A stretch of DNA of 64,000 nucleotides from Cryomorphaceae bacterium (GCA_007695365.1 REDV01000092.1:4844-68843), one strand, 5' to 3'. Counted from the stretch's first letter, positions 9,077 to 19,203 are shown. Numbers and translations: made by a program. Notes: generated by a model from the sequence alone, not told the origin.

Positions 9077-10207
9077 ATGCAAACTATGTTCGCTAAATAC
9101 CTTTCCGCTGTTTTGATGTTGCTTTTCATCACGCCTGCTTTTGCCCAGGTAGAGGATGACGACGATGATGATTTTGATTTTTCGGAGTTTGAATTGGCGG
9201 CACCTCCGTCAAAGAGTTTTTGCAACAACAAGGTGTTGGGGCAGATTCCAACAACGCTCGTTGGATTTAATTACGACTATCAGTTTCCGCACGATTTATC
9301 CGTGATGCCTCCCATCGGAGGAGAAGGTTTTTTTCCCGAGCAAACAGCCGGGATTTCACCCTCGCAGGCTTTCAATTTCCAGGGAAATTTTCCCATCGTT
9401 TCCCGAAACAACATCCTTATCAACCTCAACACCATTTTTCATCATCAGTCGTATGCTTTTTCCGGCAACGACAGCCACCCGTTGATGCAAAGCCTTGGCC
9501 GCCACGGACTGACCCGATCAGCAGTGATGGGTACGGTGTTTAAGCCGCTGAACGACCGTCATTTTATTCTGGCTCAGGTAGGTGCTGAAGTAAACGGCGA
9601 TTATGTTTTTAATGATGCCGGCGATGTCTTCGGTTCGGTTCGCATGCCTGCCGCTGTGCTATTCGGATGGAAGCCGCACGACCGTTTGATGTATGCTTTT
9701 GGACTGTCTCGCACCTACATCGGTGGATCGCTCAACTACGTACCGGTTGTTTATTACTACCACACTTTCAAGAACCAGAAATGGGGAATAGAGGCGCTTT
9801 TGCCCGCGCGGGGTGCCTTGCGCTACAGGTTCAATAGCCTGTCTGTGCTTTTGCTTGGCTTTAACGCAACGGGTGCCAGCTACAGCCTGAACAGTTTTGA
9901 TGCCTATGCCCAGTCCTTTGGGATACCCCAGCAAGGTGAATTGCCGGGCTTTAACGATTTACTGAGTAGCGCCCGAAATGTAGAACTGCGCCGCTCGGAA
10001 TTGCGACTCGGCTTAACATTTCAGCGCTCAATCGTGGGCTTTTTCTGGCTGACGCTTGATGCAGGTTACCGCGTAAACTGGAGTTATGGAGTTGACCAGG
10101 GAGGAGATTTTCTCCGCTTCTTTGGTGACAATACACCGTACTTTCTGGAAACGGAGCTGCGCAATACGCCATACATCAGCGTAGGCATCAGCTACATGAG
10201 CCCGTAA
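9077..10207 (+). CDS. hypothetical outer-membrane beta-barrel-like protein
   Basis: Start moved to MQTMFAKYLSAVLMLLFITPAFAQ (signal peptide). An acidic tract VEDDDDDDFDF is followed by alternating beta-strand-like sequence, and the C-terminus is aromatic-rich. Confidence 0.6.
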   Translation: MQTMFAKYLSAVLMLLFITPAFAQVEDDDDDDFDFSEFELAAPPSKSFCNNKVLGQIPTTLVGFNYDYQFPHDLSVMPPIGGEGFFPEQTAGISPSQAFNFQGNFPIVSRNNILINLNTIFHHQSYAFSGNDSHPLMQSLGRHGLTRSAVMGTVFKPLNDRHFILAQVGAEVNGDYVFNDAGDVFGSVRMPAAVLFGWKPHDRLMYAFGLSRTYIGGSLNYVPVVYYYHTFKNQKWGIEALLPARGALRYRFNSLSVLLLGFNATGASYSLNSFDAYAQSFGIPQQGELPGFNDLLSSARNVELRRSELRLGLTFQRSIVGFFWLTLDAGYRVNWSYGVDQGGDFLRFFGDNTPYFLETELRNTPYISVGISYMSP

Positions 10208-10211
10208 CTGC

Positions 10212-10676
10212 TTACTCGCCTTTTTTCTTGAGACGGGTCCACACGTCGGTGCGGCCAAAAACTGCGGTACCCACATATCCGCGCACCTCAATTTTGTTCT
10301 CGTCCACCAGTTCAATCTTGCAGTTGTAGGTGGTGCCGTTTTTGGGGTCGTAAATGGTACCGTCTTTCCAGATTTGGTCTTTCTCATCAAACACAAAATC
10401 TTTCAGTACCCGGTATCCTTTAAGTGGAGTTGAACGCAGCGACTTGTCGGGGTTGTTTTCATCCACGCGCGGGTTGCCTTTTTCGTCGAGCGGTTCTTTG
10501 AGCCAAACCACTTTTCCGTAGAATTTATTCCCGATTTTCTCAATTTTGATGTAACTGCGCCCGTCGCTGGGCTGCCATACTCCGGTGAGTTGATCTGCCT
10601 CAGCCTGAGCCACTGCGGTTCCGGCGAAAAGCGAAAACAAAAAAGTGATTAATGTGATGGGAAGTACAGATTTCAT
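10212..10676 (-). CDS. DUF2147 domain protein (secreted)
   Basis: Signal peptide, then LTGVWQPSDGRSYIKIEKIGNKFYGKVVWLKEP...DENNPD, the canonical DUF2147 pattern. Confidence 0.8.
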   Translation of the reverse strand: MKSVLPITLITFLFSLFAGTAVAQAEADQLTGVWQPSDGRSYIKIEKIGNKFYGKVVWLKEPLDEKGNPRVDENNPDKSLRSTPLKGYRVLKDFVFDEKDQIWKDGTIYDPKNGTTYNCKIELVDENKIEVRGYVGTAVFGRTDVWTRLKKKGE

Positions 10677-10694
10677 GGGTTTGGGTATTTGTTG

Positions 10695-11189
10695 TTATTC
10701 GTTGTGATGGATACTGAAACGCAATTTTCCTGCCACAGTCATGTCGTCCATGAGGTCTTCACTGATGTTTAAATCCAGCACCCAGGTGGTTCCTTCATCG
10801 TTCAGGTAGGGCACCAGGTTCATTTTTTCGGCGAGGCTGAGTTTGAATCGGGTTCCCTCAGGCAAAGGGCTGAGCGTTCCAATGGTCAAAAGACTGTGAT
10901 TGTTGCTCACCACCTGCAGCAAGAGACTTTCGGTAATGGCCGCATCTTCTGTACCCATCTCCAGCGTAGCTTCCGCAATACCCACTGTTTTGATTTTGCT
11001 TTTCTCGATTCCGGTGGCCTTTGCCAACTGGTCGAGGTTCAGATTGGCGGGCATCTGAAGGGTGTTGGAGCCTTCAAACAGCATTTCGCCGGTGAGCTCG
11101 AGCAGTTCTTCGTGTTGATCGTACACCGCAGTGGTGGCGCATCCGTATAGTGTTGCCAGCGCAACGGCCAGCAAAGCTGTTTTTCTCAT
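10695..11189 (-). CDS. hypothetical lipoprotein
   Basis: MRKTALLAVALATLYGCATT lipobox. 164 aa. Confidence 0.6.
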   Translation of the reverse strand: MRKTALLAVALATLYGCATTAVYDQHEELLELTGEMLFEGSNTLQMPANLNLDQLAKATGIEKSKIKTVGIAEATLEMGTEDAAITESLLLQVVSNNHSLLTIGTLSPLPEGTRFKLSLAEKMNLVPYLNDEGTTWVLDLNISEDLMDDMTVAGKLRFSIHHNE

Positions 11190-11244
11190 GGTTGATGGCT
11201 TGTTAATGGGTCGTAAAAATAACGAATCACGAGGGAGTTGGTTC

Positions 11245-11589
11245 TTAGTCCTCGAGGAGCATAATGGCCTCCTGCAATTCGCCTAGTGTTTTTGCATCCT
11301 GTTTTTTTTGCGCGATGGTCAATCCGCGGTGGTACACCTTCATGGCCTCGTCTGCATCGCCTGACTCTTCGAGCAGTTTGCCGAGTTGGTAATAGCTCCC
11401 CAGGTAGTCAGGGTCGTGGGCAACGAGATTTTGGAGGGTCTGGAGCGCCCGTTTCATTTCGCCGGCTTTGCGGTATTCGAGCGCAGCGGCGTAGCGCAGA
11501 AAGGAATCATCAGGGTTGGTCTCCAGCATTTCTTCAATCATGCGGAGTCTGTTCCTTGGAATGTCAGAATCGGAGTAAGTGTTTGTCAT
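11245..11589 (-). CDS. tetratricopeptide-repeat protein
   Basis: Start moved to MTNTYSDSD. TPR-like helices are present (AALEYRKAGEMKRALQTLQNLVAHDPDYLGSYYQLGKLLEESGD). Confidence 0.6.
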   Translation of the reverse strand: MTNTYSDSDIPRNRLRMIEEMLETNPDDSFLRYAAALEYRKAGEMKRALQTLQNLVAHDPDYLGSYYQLGKLLEESGDADEAMKVYHRGLTIAQKKQDAKTLGELQEAIMLLED

Positions 11590-12529
11590 CGTAAAACAGG
11601 TTAACCTCGCTCCCGGGTTGCAGAACTTCCTGCTCCCTGAAGATAAACTCAAAGTTACCTGATTTCAGCAAATAGGCATAACTGGTTCCTTCAAACCGAC
11701 GATCGAGCACCTGCGCCCTCATTTTTGATTCGCTTCCCCTTACGCTTAGTTTCTCAGGGCGAATCATGATTTTCTTTCCGGCTACCGTGCTTCCGAGTTC
11801 AACTACAGGGCCTGTTAATTTGGCAACGTACTCATTCACCGGCTCGTTGTAAATCTTTTCGAAGGGTGCTTTTTGCAGAATCTGTCCGTCTTTCATCACA
11901 GCCAGTTCATCACAAAGAGCAACTGCGTCCTGAATGTCGTGGGTAACAAGTACCGCTGCAGTTCTCGTAGTGCGAAGCAAATCGTGCACCTGTTGCCTGA
12001 GCTGGCTGCGCAGGGTAACGTCCAGGTTGCTGAAAGGCTCGTCGAGCAACAACAAACGCGGTGAAGTAGCCATGCAGCGCGCAAGTGCCAAACGTTGCTG
12101 CTGACCGCCGGACAGTGCACCGGGTTTTCGCGATTCCAACCCCTCCAGATTGGTGAGTGAAATCATCTGGCGGGCAATTTCCCGCCTGCGGGTTTTGTCT
12201 TTTTCGCGAACCCCGAACAGAATGTTGTCCATGACCGTGAGGTGAGGAAACAGCGCAAAATCCTGAAATATCATTCCGATATTCCGTTCACCGGGAGGTA
12301 CCATCACCTCCTCCGAAACTACAGTGGTTCCATCTACCCGAACCACACCTTTTTCGGGTACTTCAAAGCCGGCAATAATCCGCAGCAGCGTGGTTTTGCC
12401 GCAGCCGCTTTCTCCAAGCAGACCCAGCACCTTACCCTTGTCCAGGGTGATGTTTGCTCCATGCACTGCCGGCAGCTCCTTGCCTGCAAATGACTTACTA
12501 ACTCCTGTTACTTCCAGTGCAGGTATCAT
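11564..12529 (-). CDS. Fe(3+)/polyamine-type ABC transporter ATP-binding protein
   Basis: Walker A GESGCGKTT, signature LSGGQQQR, Walker B LLLLDEP, and a C-terminal TOBE-like domain. Operon with the permease and SBP. Confidence 0.9.
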   Translation of the reverse strand: MIPALEVTGVSKSFAGKELPAVHGANITLDKGKVLGLLGESGCGKTTLLRIIAGFEVPEKGVVRVDGTTVVSEEVMVPPGERNIGMIFQDFALFPHLTVMDNILFGVREKDKTRRREIARQMISLTNLEGLESRKPGALSGGQQQRLALARCMATSPRLLLLDEPFSNLDVTLRSQLRQQVHDLLRTTRTAAVLVTHDIQDAVALCDELAVMKDGQILQKAPFEKIYNEPVNEYVAKLTGPVVELGSTVAGKKIMIRPEKLSVRGSESKMRAQVLDRRFEGTSYAYLLKSGNFEFIFREQEVLQPGSEVNLFYDDKHLLRF

Positions 12530-14196
12530 TTGGACTTGATAAGGTGATGGATGAGCAAGATGGGAACAATTCCCGAAACCACAATCAGCAAAGAGGCAGG
12601 TGCCGACTCGCGCAACATCTCGTCGTTGGCATACTCAAAAGCTGTGGTGGCGAGCGTATCGTAGTTAAAGGGTCTTAAAATTAATGTGAGCGGAAGTTCC
12701 TTCATCACATCCACAAAAACCAAGAGAAAAGCTGCGAGAATAGCGGGTTTCAATACGGGAATATTCACGCGAAAAAGTGTGTACAAATGTCCTTTTCCGA
12801 GCGACCGCGACGCCTCGTCAAGATTGCTGCACTGCTGCTCAAAGTTGCCCTCCAGCGGATTAACTGATACGGCCATAAACCGAATGAGATAAGCATACAC
12901 CAGCGCGGCAATGGTGCCCGTAAACAGGATTTGTGTGTGCACCGAACCGAGTGCATGGGCAAGAGATTCCAGAAAGTGCTCTGCTCCGGCGGCTGCTACC
13001 ATTACGCCAACGGCAATCACAGCCCCGGGAATAGCATAGCCCAATGAAACCACTCTTTTCACCAATGTGCCTGCAAGCGTCCGGTTAATCCGGCTGCTGT
13101 AGATAAATACCAGCGAAAGCACCACAATCAGCGTAGCAGCCAGTAAGGCGAGGCTCACCGAATGCCACACAATTTCACCGAAGCGGGTGCCCTCCATCCG
13201 TGGCCATGTTATCCATGAATCGGAAACAATCTTCAAGAATGGAATAAGAAAACCAAAGGCAAAAGGAACCAAACACGCTAAAGTGAAGAGCCATTTGCGG
13301 GGTCCGATTACTTTGAGCGATGCACTTTTTTTGAGTCCGGTATTGCTCGCAAAGCGCGAGCGTTGAATTCGCTTTTCAACCAGAAAAAGCAGACCCACAA
13401 CCAGCATGAGCACAGCCGACAGTTTGATGGCTGCTTCCAAATCGCCCAATGAAAACCAGGCCTTGAATATGCCGGTGGTAAACGTATTGATTCCAAAATA
13501 CTTTACGGCTCCGTAATCGTTCAATACTTCCATCATTACCAGAAACAAGCCCCCGGCTATGGCCGGCCTTGCCAATGGCAGGGCAATTTGGTAGAAAATG
13601 CGAAAAGGCTTGTTGCACAAGGACGAGGCAGCCTCAAATATGGATGCCGACTGCAACTCGAATGCAGCCTTTGCGGGTAGGTACACGTATGGAAATAACA
13701 CCAGTCCTAGGGTGATGGAAAGCGTGCCGATGTTCATCGTGTCGAAGTAAAGTGACTGAGCTAGTTCAGGTCCACCCCATAGGTGCAGTGTTCCGTAAAT
13801 AGGCCCGGTAAACGATAGGATGCCGGCATAGCTGTACGCTACAATATAGGATGGGAGCGAAAGAGGCAGAATGAGGGCCCATGAAAGCCATCCTTTTGCA
13901 GGAAAATCATATCTGCTGATAAACCATGCACTTCCTACTCCCAACACCAGCGCAATGGCACCGGTAAACGCACAAAGCAATATGGAATTGGCCGTGTACT
14001 GAAAAAGCAGGTTGTTTACAATATGCTGCCAGGCTGGTGTGCCGGGCAGAAACATGCGCAGCAACACAAGCAGAAGAGGAATGGAAAAAATGATCCCCAG
14101 CAGCACTGATGTGAGCAGCCAGCCCGGTGCCACAAACAAGCGCGTTATGCGGCGGTAAGAGGAGAGGATGGCGTTACTTCCAGCCGACACGATCAA
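12526..14196 (-). CDS. iron ABC transporter permease (duplicated FbpB-type)
   Basis: 556 aa with two permease halves, each carrying an EAA-like loop (EAASSL..., DEASRSLG). Confidence 0.9.
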   Translation of the reverse strand: MIVSAGSNAILSSYRRITRLFVAPGWLLTSVLLGIIFSIPLLLVLLRMFLPGTPAWQHIVNNLLFQYTANSILLCAFTGAIALVLGVGSAWFISRYDFPAKGWLSWALILPLSLPSYIVAYSYAGILSFTGPIYGTLHLWGGPELAQSLYFDTMNIGTLSITLGLVLFPYVYLPAKAAFELQSASIFEAASSLCNKPFRIFYQIALPLARPAIAGGLFLVMMEVLNDYGAVKYFGINTFTTGIFKAWFSLGDLEAAIKLSAVLMLVVGLLFLVEKRIQRSRFASNTGLKKSASLKVIGPRKWLFTLACLVPFAFGFLIPFLKIVSDSWITWPRMEGTRFGEIVWHSVSLALLAATLIVVLSLVFIYSSRINRTLAGTLVKRVVSLGYAIPGAVIAVGVMVAAAGAEHFLESLAHALGSVHTQILFTGTIAALVYAYLIRFMAVSVNPLEGNFEQQCSNLDEASRSLGKGHLYTLFRVNIPVLKPAILAAFLLVFVDVMKELPLTLILRPFNYDTLATTAFEYANDEMLRESAPASLLIVVSGIVPILLIHHLIKSK

Positions 14197-15214
14197 AAAT
14201 TTCTACTGCCCGGGAGTTGTGTATGCCCAATAGGCTCAAGTTCATCGTGTCTTGTTTAAACTCACCCCATGATTGAAGCAATTCTGATACAGGAACACCG
14301 GGCTTTACAGGGTACTCTGAGTTGGCCTCAGCAAAGAGCTCCTGAATATCGTCTCTGGAGAGGAATTCAAGCAACTTAACGGCATTCTCGCGGTTGGGTG
14401 CATGGGCGGTAACACCTGCGCCGCTGATGTTGATGTGCGTGCCGCGGTCGTTCTGATTGGGAAAGAAAATGCCGATATTCTCTACAGCAGCACGCTCTCC
14501 GGGTTCATCGCTCTGAATGAGTTTACCGAGGTAATAGCTGTTCACAATGGCAACATCCCCCAGTCCGGACGCAATGGCAATCACCTGATCGCGATCATTT
14601 CCTTTGGGTTTACGTGCCAGATTGTTCACAATGCCGCGGGCCCAATTTTCGGCAGCTTCGTCTCCTCCGTGCGCCACCATTGACGAAAGCAGCGATTGAT
14701 TGTAGATATTATCCGAGCTTCTCACCAGGATGCGGCCTTTCCATTTTTCTGAAGTGAGGGCTTCATAGGTAGAAAGGTCATCGGGTTTCACCCTGTCTTT
14801 GGCATATACCAACATTCTGGCGCGCACAGTTTGCCCAAACCAGTAGTTTTCGGAGTCGCGCAGATATGACGGAATGTTTTGTTCCAGTTTGGGCGAGGAA
14901 ACAGCCTGAAGCAGGTTTTTTGTTTTTGCCAACACCAGGCGGCCGGCATCTACAGTCACCAACAAATCAGCCGGAGATTTTGCACCTTCGTTCTCAAGGC
15001 GGGTAATAAGTTCGTCAGCTCCGGCTTTTACTACATTTACCCTGATACCGGTTTCGGACTCGAAACGGTTAAAAATGACCTGATCTACCTCGTAATGGCG
15101 ATGCGAATACACATTAACCACTTGTTCGGTAGCACTTTGTTCTTGGCTTTCAGATTGGGTTTCGTTGCACGCAGCTATGGAAAATGCCAATAAGGCGATT
15201 AGGAATAAACGCAT
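14174..15214 (-). CDS. Fe(3+) ABC transporter substrate-binding protein (FbpA/AfuA-like)
   Basis: Lipoprotein signal (FSIAAC). VNVYSHRHYEVDQ..., ADLLVTVDAGRL and VNSYYLGK are typical of ferric-binding proteins. Confidence 0.9.
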   Translation of the reverse strand: MRLFLIALLAFSIAACNETQSESQEQSATEQVVNVYSHRHYEVDQVIFNRFESETGIRVNVVKAGADELITRLENEGAKSPADLLVTVDAGRLVLAKTKNLLQAVSSPKLEQNIPSYLRDSENYWFGQTVRARMLVYAKDRVKPDDLSTYEALTSEKWKGRILVRSSDNIYNQSLLSSMVAHGGDEAAENWARGIVNNLARKPKGNDRDQVIAIASGLGDVAIVNSYYLGKLIQSDEPGERAAVENIGIFFPNQNDRGTHINISGAGVTAHAPNRENAVKLLEFLSRDDIQELFAEANSEYPVKPGVPVSELLQSWGEFKQDTMNLSLLGIHNSRAVEIFDRVGWK

Positions 15215-15406
15215 TGTATTGTTTTTTGAGCTGCAAAGATAGGGGTATGTGCAGGTTCTGAAATACCGTAATTGTGGTATGATGTAGTCTGCTATAATCG
15301 TCTTGAAATAGGCTTTGATTAGCTTGACCTGATATTTTTGGTGGAACAGTTGTTTTGGATGGCCGATTTTGAATTAAACGCCAATAGATTTCAATACGTG
15401 TTTTGC

Positions 15407-15414
15407 TATATTTG
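15407..15414 (+). promoter_or_regulatory. candidate Bacteroidota -7 box (TATATTTG) for the histidine kinase gene
   Basis: Exact match to TAnnTTTG, 47 nt upstream of the ATG at 15461. A second match, TATTTTTG, lies at 15333..15340. Confidence 0.3.
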
Positions 15415-15460
15415 GCCAAAGCAAGAAGCATAAAGCCAACCAAACTCATTTAACCCCTAC

Positions 15461-17332
15461 ATGAATACGGAAGCGTTCAAGCAAATTCTGGATTGCGCAA
15501 ATGAGGTTGTTCACGTTTTCGACGAGTCAGGTAAGTTGCTTTATGTTAATAAGATGGCGGAATTTCGTACTGGTGTTTCTGCACAAAGTGTTGAAAATCA
15601 TTCGTATTTTGATGTCGAAACCACACTTGAAAAAAGTGAGCAATGGGCCTCGTGGCTGAAAGTCAGTAGAGAAAGAATTAATGAGACTTTCAGTGGTGAA
15701 TACAGGAACCTGAAGAGTGACGAAACCTTTCCTGTTGAAATAAACATTTGTCTGGTTACCTTTGAAAACAGCTTATGGTATGTTGCTTCCGCACGCGACA
15801 TTCAGGGGCGCGTTGAAACAGAACGGGCACTTGCCGAAAGCAAAGAAGCCCTGGAGCAGACAAGTAAACTGGCACGGGTAGGTGGATGGGATTTAGACCT
15901 TGTGAGAAGCCGGCTTTATTGGACTGACATGACCAAGGAGATTCATGAGGTTCCTCCTGACTACGTTCCGGATTTTCAAACAGCGGTGAATTTTTACAAA
16001 GAAGGAGAAAGCCGTGATGCTATTGTGAATGGATTGAAGGGTGCCCTGGAGGAGGGCGGACCCATGGGGGTGAAGGAAGTACAGATTGTTACGGCCAAAG
16101 GTAATGATTTGTGGGTGAGGGCGGTAGGGGATATAGAGCGCGACGAAAATGGAATCCCCATGCGAATTTATGGTTCGTTTCAGGACATTGATGACCAAAA
16201 AAGGACAGAACTTAAACTCGAAGAAAGCCTCAGGCTGCTATCCGACCTTACCAGCAATATGCCGGGTGCGGTATATCAGTTTGAAATTGAACCTGAAGGT
16301 ACTGTGAAGTACAATTTCGTAAGCTCAGGAATCTCGCGCTTGTACCCAAATCTGGAGTTGCCCAACCAAGGCCGGCTTGAAGAGTTACTCGGGAAAATTG
16401 TTTCTCCGCTTGATTTTAGACGGGTGCAGTTGGCTATTTTGCATTCGGCCAAGAGTTTGGATTCGTTTCACGTAGAGTTCAGACATCCTAACCTCAAAAT
16501 GCTTCGTTGGTTTGAAAGCTCTGCCCAACCTAAACGAAACGAGAAAGGTACATTGATTTGGCACGGCTACCTGCAGGACATAACAGACAGAAAAAGGCGC
16601 AGGGCAGAGTTACAGGAATTTGTGGATGTTACCGCCGAGCAAAACAAGCGGCTGCTCAACTTTACCTACATTATCTCGCACAATATTCGTTCGCATGTTG
16701 CCAACCTTCTTGGGATAATCGCCATTCTGGATGATGACAGTGCAGATGTCAAAAACCATTTTCTACCTCTCATGCGCCAGTCAGTTGCCAACCTCGATGA
16801 GTCTATCAAAAACCTGAACGAGGTAGTGAGCATTCAAACAAGGGTGGGCTTAAACATGGCTGTGGTCTCACTGCGAGAATGGGTAAACAAAACAATCATG
16901 AACCTGAGGGTTGCCATTGAAGATTCGGGCGCAATGGTTCAGAATGAAGTTGCAGAAGAATTCACAATCTACACAAACCCCGCATACATTGAGAGTGTTC
17001 TGCTTAATATTATCAGCAATTCCATTAAGTACCGGCATCCGGATCGCACCGCAGAGATCTCTGTTTATGCTTCTAAATCGGATGACCAGGTTATGATTGA
17101 GGTCGTTGACAACGGTTTGGGCATAGACATGGAAAAGTACCGTGATGTGGTGTTTGGAATGTACAAAACATTTCACGCTCACCGCGACTCCAAAGGCCTG
17201 GGCTTGTACATAACCAAAACCCAGGTGGAGGCATTGGGGGGAAGAATTCAAATGGAGAGCGAAGTGGGCAAGGGAACCCGCGTAACAGTAACATTTAAGA
17301 ATCGCCATGAACCGAGTTTGGATCATCGATGA
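15461..17332 (+). CDS. cytoplasmic multi-PAS sensor histidine kinase
   Basis: No TM segments and repeated PAS/PAC-like segments. H-box ISHNIRSH, N-box NSIKYRH, and G-boxes DNGLGID and GLGLYITK. Confidence 0.9.
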   Translation: MNTEAFKQILDCANEVVHVFDESGKLLYVNKMAEFRTGVSAQSVENHSYFDVETTLEKSEQWASWLKVSRERINETFSGEYRNLKSDETFPVEINICLVTFENSLWYVASARDIQGRVETERALAESKEALEQTSKLARVGGWDLDLVRSRLYWTDMTKEIHEVPPDYVPDFQTAVNFYKEGESRDAIVNGLKGALEEGGPMGVKEVQIVTAKGNDLWVRAVGDIERDENGIPMRIYGSFQDIDDQKRTELKLEESLRLLSDLTSNMPGAVYQFEIEPEGTVKYNFVSSGISRLYPNLELPNQGRLEELLGKIVSPLDFRRVQLAILHSAKSLDSFHVEFRHPNLKMLRWFESSAQPKRNEKGTLIWHGYLQDITDRKRRRAELQEFVDVTAEQNKRLLNFTYIISHNIRSHVANLLGIIAILDDDSADVKNHFLPLMRQSVANLDESIKNLNEVVSIQTRVGLNMAVVSLREWVNKTIMNLRVAIEDSGAMVQNEVAEEFTIYTNPAYIESVLLNIISNSIKYRHPDRTAEISVYASKSDDQVMIEVVDNGLGIDMEKYRDVVFGMYKTFHAHRDSKGLGLYITKTQVEALGGRIQMESEVGKGTRVTVTFKNRHEPSLDHR

Positions 17333-17690
17333 TGACACAATTGCTTCAGCCATCGCAAAGCACCTTTTGGGCCGTCATCAGGCATTTGAACTGATGGCTG
17401 AGTTTACCTGTGGAGCCGACGCGGTGGATGTACTGCAAAATGGAGAAAAACAACATCCCGATGTTATTTTGCTTGACCTCAACATGCCTGTGATGAGCGG
17501 TTGGGAATTTCTTGATTTTCTCAGTGAAAACTCAGGCTTGCAATCTATTCCGGTAGTAATTTTTACGAGTTCCATAGATCCCAGAGATCGGCTGAGGGCA
17601 CGGGATTATCCAGTGGTTATTGGCCACTTTGTGAAGCCTATTGATATGGGTACCCTCAATGAAATCAACAGTTTGCTTAACCGACGCTAA
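17307..17690 (+). CDS. response regulator, receiver domain only
   Basis: 127 aa. WIIDDD...ILLDLNMP...T...K receiver pattern. Overlaps the kinase stop by 26 nt. Confidence 0.9.
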   Translation: MNRVWIIDDDTIASAIAKHLLGRHQAFELMAEFTCGADAVDVLQNGEKQHPDVILLDLNMPVMSGWEFLDFLSENSGLQSIPVVIFTSSIDPRDRLRARDYPVVIGHFVKPIDMGTLNEINSLLNRR

Positions 17691-17699
17691 GCATTAGGC

Positions 17700-18590
17700 C
17701 TAGGGTGATTTCATGCAAAGTTCAACGTGTTTCAGGATGTCTGACCAATCGGAGGGATAAAACCACCGTACATCCAGGTTTTTTTTAAACCAGGTCATTT
17801 GCCGTTTGGCAAATCGTCGGGTGTTGACTTTTATCTTCTCAATCGCTTCCGTTTCGCTGCAATTTCCTTCAAATGCTTCGAACAACTCCTTGTATCCCAC
17901 CGTTTGGAGTGCGTTGTAATGACGTAATGGGTAGAGAGCCCGGGCTTCGGCCAAAAGTCCTTGCTCAATCATGTGGTCAACCCGCTGGTCAATTCTTTGA
18001 ATCAATGCTGCTCGTGGCAGGTTAAGGCCTATGGCAATGGTTTGAAAAGGTCTGGGTTTGGCTTGCCTGGTGAGAAACGAAGAGTAGGGCCTTCCGGAAA
18101 CCACACAAACCTCCAGGGCGCGTATCATGCGTTGATGATTATAAAGGTCAATGCGCTGATGGGTTTCAGGGTCGAGTCGTTGAAGCTCGTTCTGAAGGTA
18201 TTCGATTCCGCGGTCGTGAAAATTGGCAATGAGCTGGTTGCGAATATCAATATCCGATGGGTGCTCGTCCAGACCGTGCGTCACAGCCTTCACGTACAGT
18301 CCCGACCCTCCGGTAAGCACCGCAACCGGGTTTTGTTGGTGGATTTTATCGATGCAGCGCAAAGCATCAACCTCGTAATCGCCGGCGCTGTAGTCGTCTT
18401 TTATGCTCAGCTGAGCCACAAAATGGTGTTTGGCCAATTGCAGCTCCCCGGCAGAGGGAGCAGCCGTTCCAATAGGCATTTCCCTGAAAAACTGGCGTGA
18501 ATCAGCCGATACAATTTCAGTATGAAAATGTTTGGCAAGATCAATACTCACGCGTGTTTTGCCCACGGCTGTGGGTCCCACCACAACCAA
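17700..18590 (-). CDS. miaA: tRNA dimethylallyltransferase
   Basis: VVGPTAVGKT P-loop, SADSRQFFREMPIGTA, and TRRFAKRQMTWFK. Apparent TTG start. Confidence 0.9.
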   Translation of the reverse strand: MVVVGPTAVGKTRVSIDLAKHFHTEIVSADSRQFFREMPIGTAAPSAGELQLAKHHFVAQLSIKDDYSAGDYEVDALRCIDKIHQQNPVAVLTGGSGLYVKAVTHGLDEHPSDIDIRNQLIANFHDRGIEYLQNELQRLDPETHQRIDLYNHQRMIRALEVCVVSGRPYSSFLTRQAKPRPFQTIAIGLNLPRAALIQRIDQRVDHMIEQGLLAEARALYPLRHYNALQTVGYKELFEAFEGNCSETEAIEKIKVNTRRFAKRQMTWFKKNLDVRWFYPSDWSDILKHVELCMKSP

Positions 18591-18616
18591 TAAATACCGC
18601 TTATTTGGTTGGGAGC

Positions 18617-19162
18617 TCAGAATGAATCGCGGTCGCTTAACGAGTCCAGATCGTCTGAGTCGATATCATCATCGAAATCGTCAAAGTAATCGTCTTCATC
18701 TCCTTCATCACCGTCGTAATCGGTTTCAATTTCAAAGTCCATATCCTTGGAGCCCTCCTCAGGGGCGTCACCCAGAGCCATGGCTACGCGAGGGTAGGTC
18801 ATTTCGTTGAGCTCCGGGCTGATTTCAACCATCTCCACAAAAAAGCCCCACATCCTCAAAAAGTCGTAGATGTAGATTAATTTTTGCCCGGTTTTGCGAA
18901 TCAGTTCACCAATTTTTACCTGCCCCATGGAGTAGAGCTGGTCATCGTCGCCGTAGTTCATGTCCATGAGCGGCAGCTCTTTGCCTTTTTCCCAGTCGTC
19001 GTTGCTGAGGTAAAAAGAAGCCATCTCCTTGGCACTGAAACCAAAGGCTTCCTGAATGGCCAGATGCAGTTGCTCAAAGGTGTTTTCGGGCTTGATTTCA
19101 ATGTCGCGAAAAACCTCCAGCTCAGTGTCGAGTAGCACGCGAAACTTGTAGATATTGGGCAT
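18617..19162 (-). CDS. pRiA4b ORF-3-like (PF07929-like) protein with acidic C-terminal tail
   Basis: MPNIYKFRVLLDTELEVFRDIEIKPENTFEQLHLAIQEAFGF...YIYDF resembles the plasmid pRiA4b ORF-3 family core. The tail is about 50 aa rich in D/E. Confidence 0.6.
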   Translation of the reverse strand: MPNIYKFRVLLDTELEVFRDIEIKPENTFEQLHLAIQEAFGFSAKEMASFYLSNDDWEKGKELPLMDMNYGDDDQLYSMGQVKIGELIRKTGQKLIYIYDFLRMWGFFVEMVEISPELNEMTYPRVAMALGDAPEEGSKDMDFEIETDYDGDEGDEDDYFDDFDDDIDSDDLDSLSDRDSF

Positions 19163-19203
19163 AATGTCTTGGTAGATGGACGTGTAAAATTAACAAATGG
19201 CTT

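Noticed and set aside
15150-15449. 99-aa minus-strand ORF spanning the Fe-operon / kinase intergenic region
   Set aside because: It overlaps the SBP start and the promoter region, and the sequence is low complexity. More likely non-coding control DNA.
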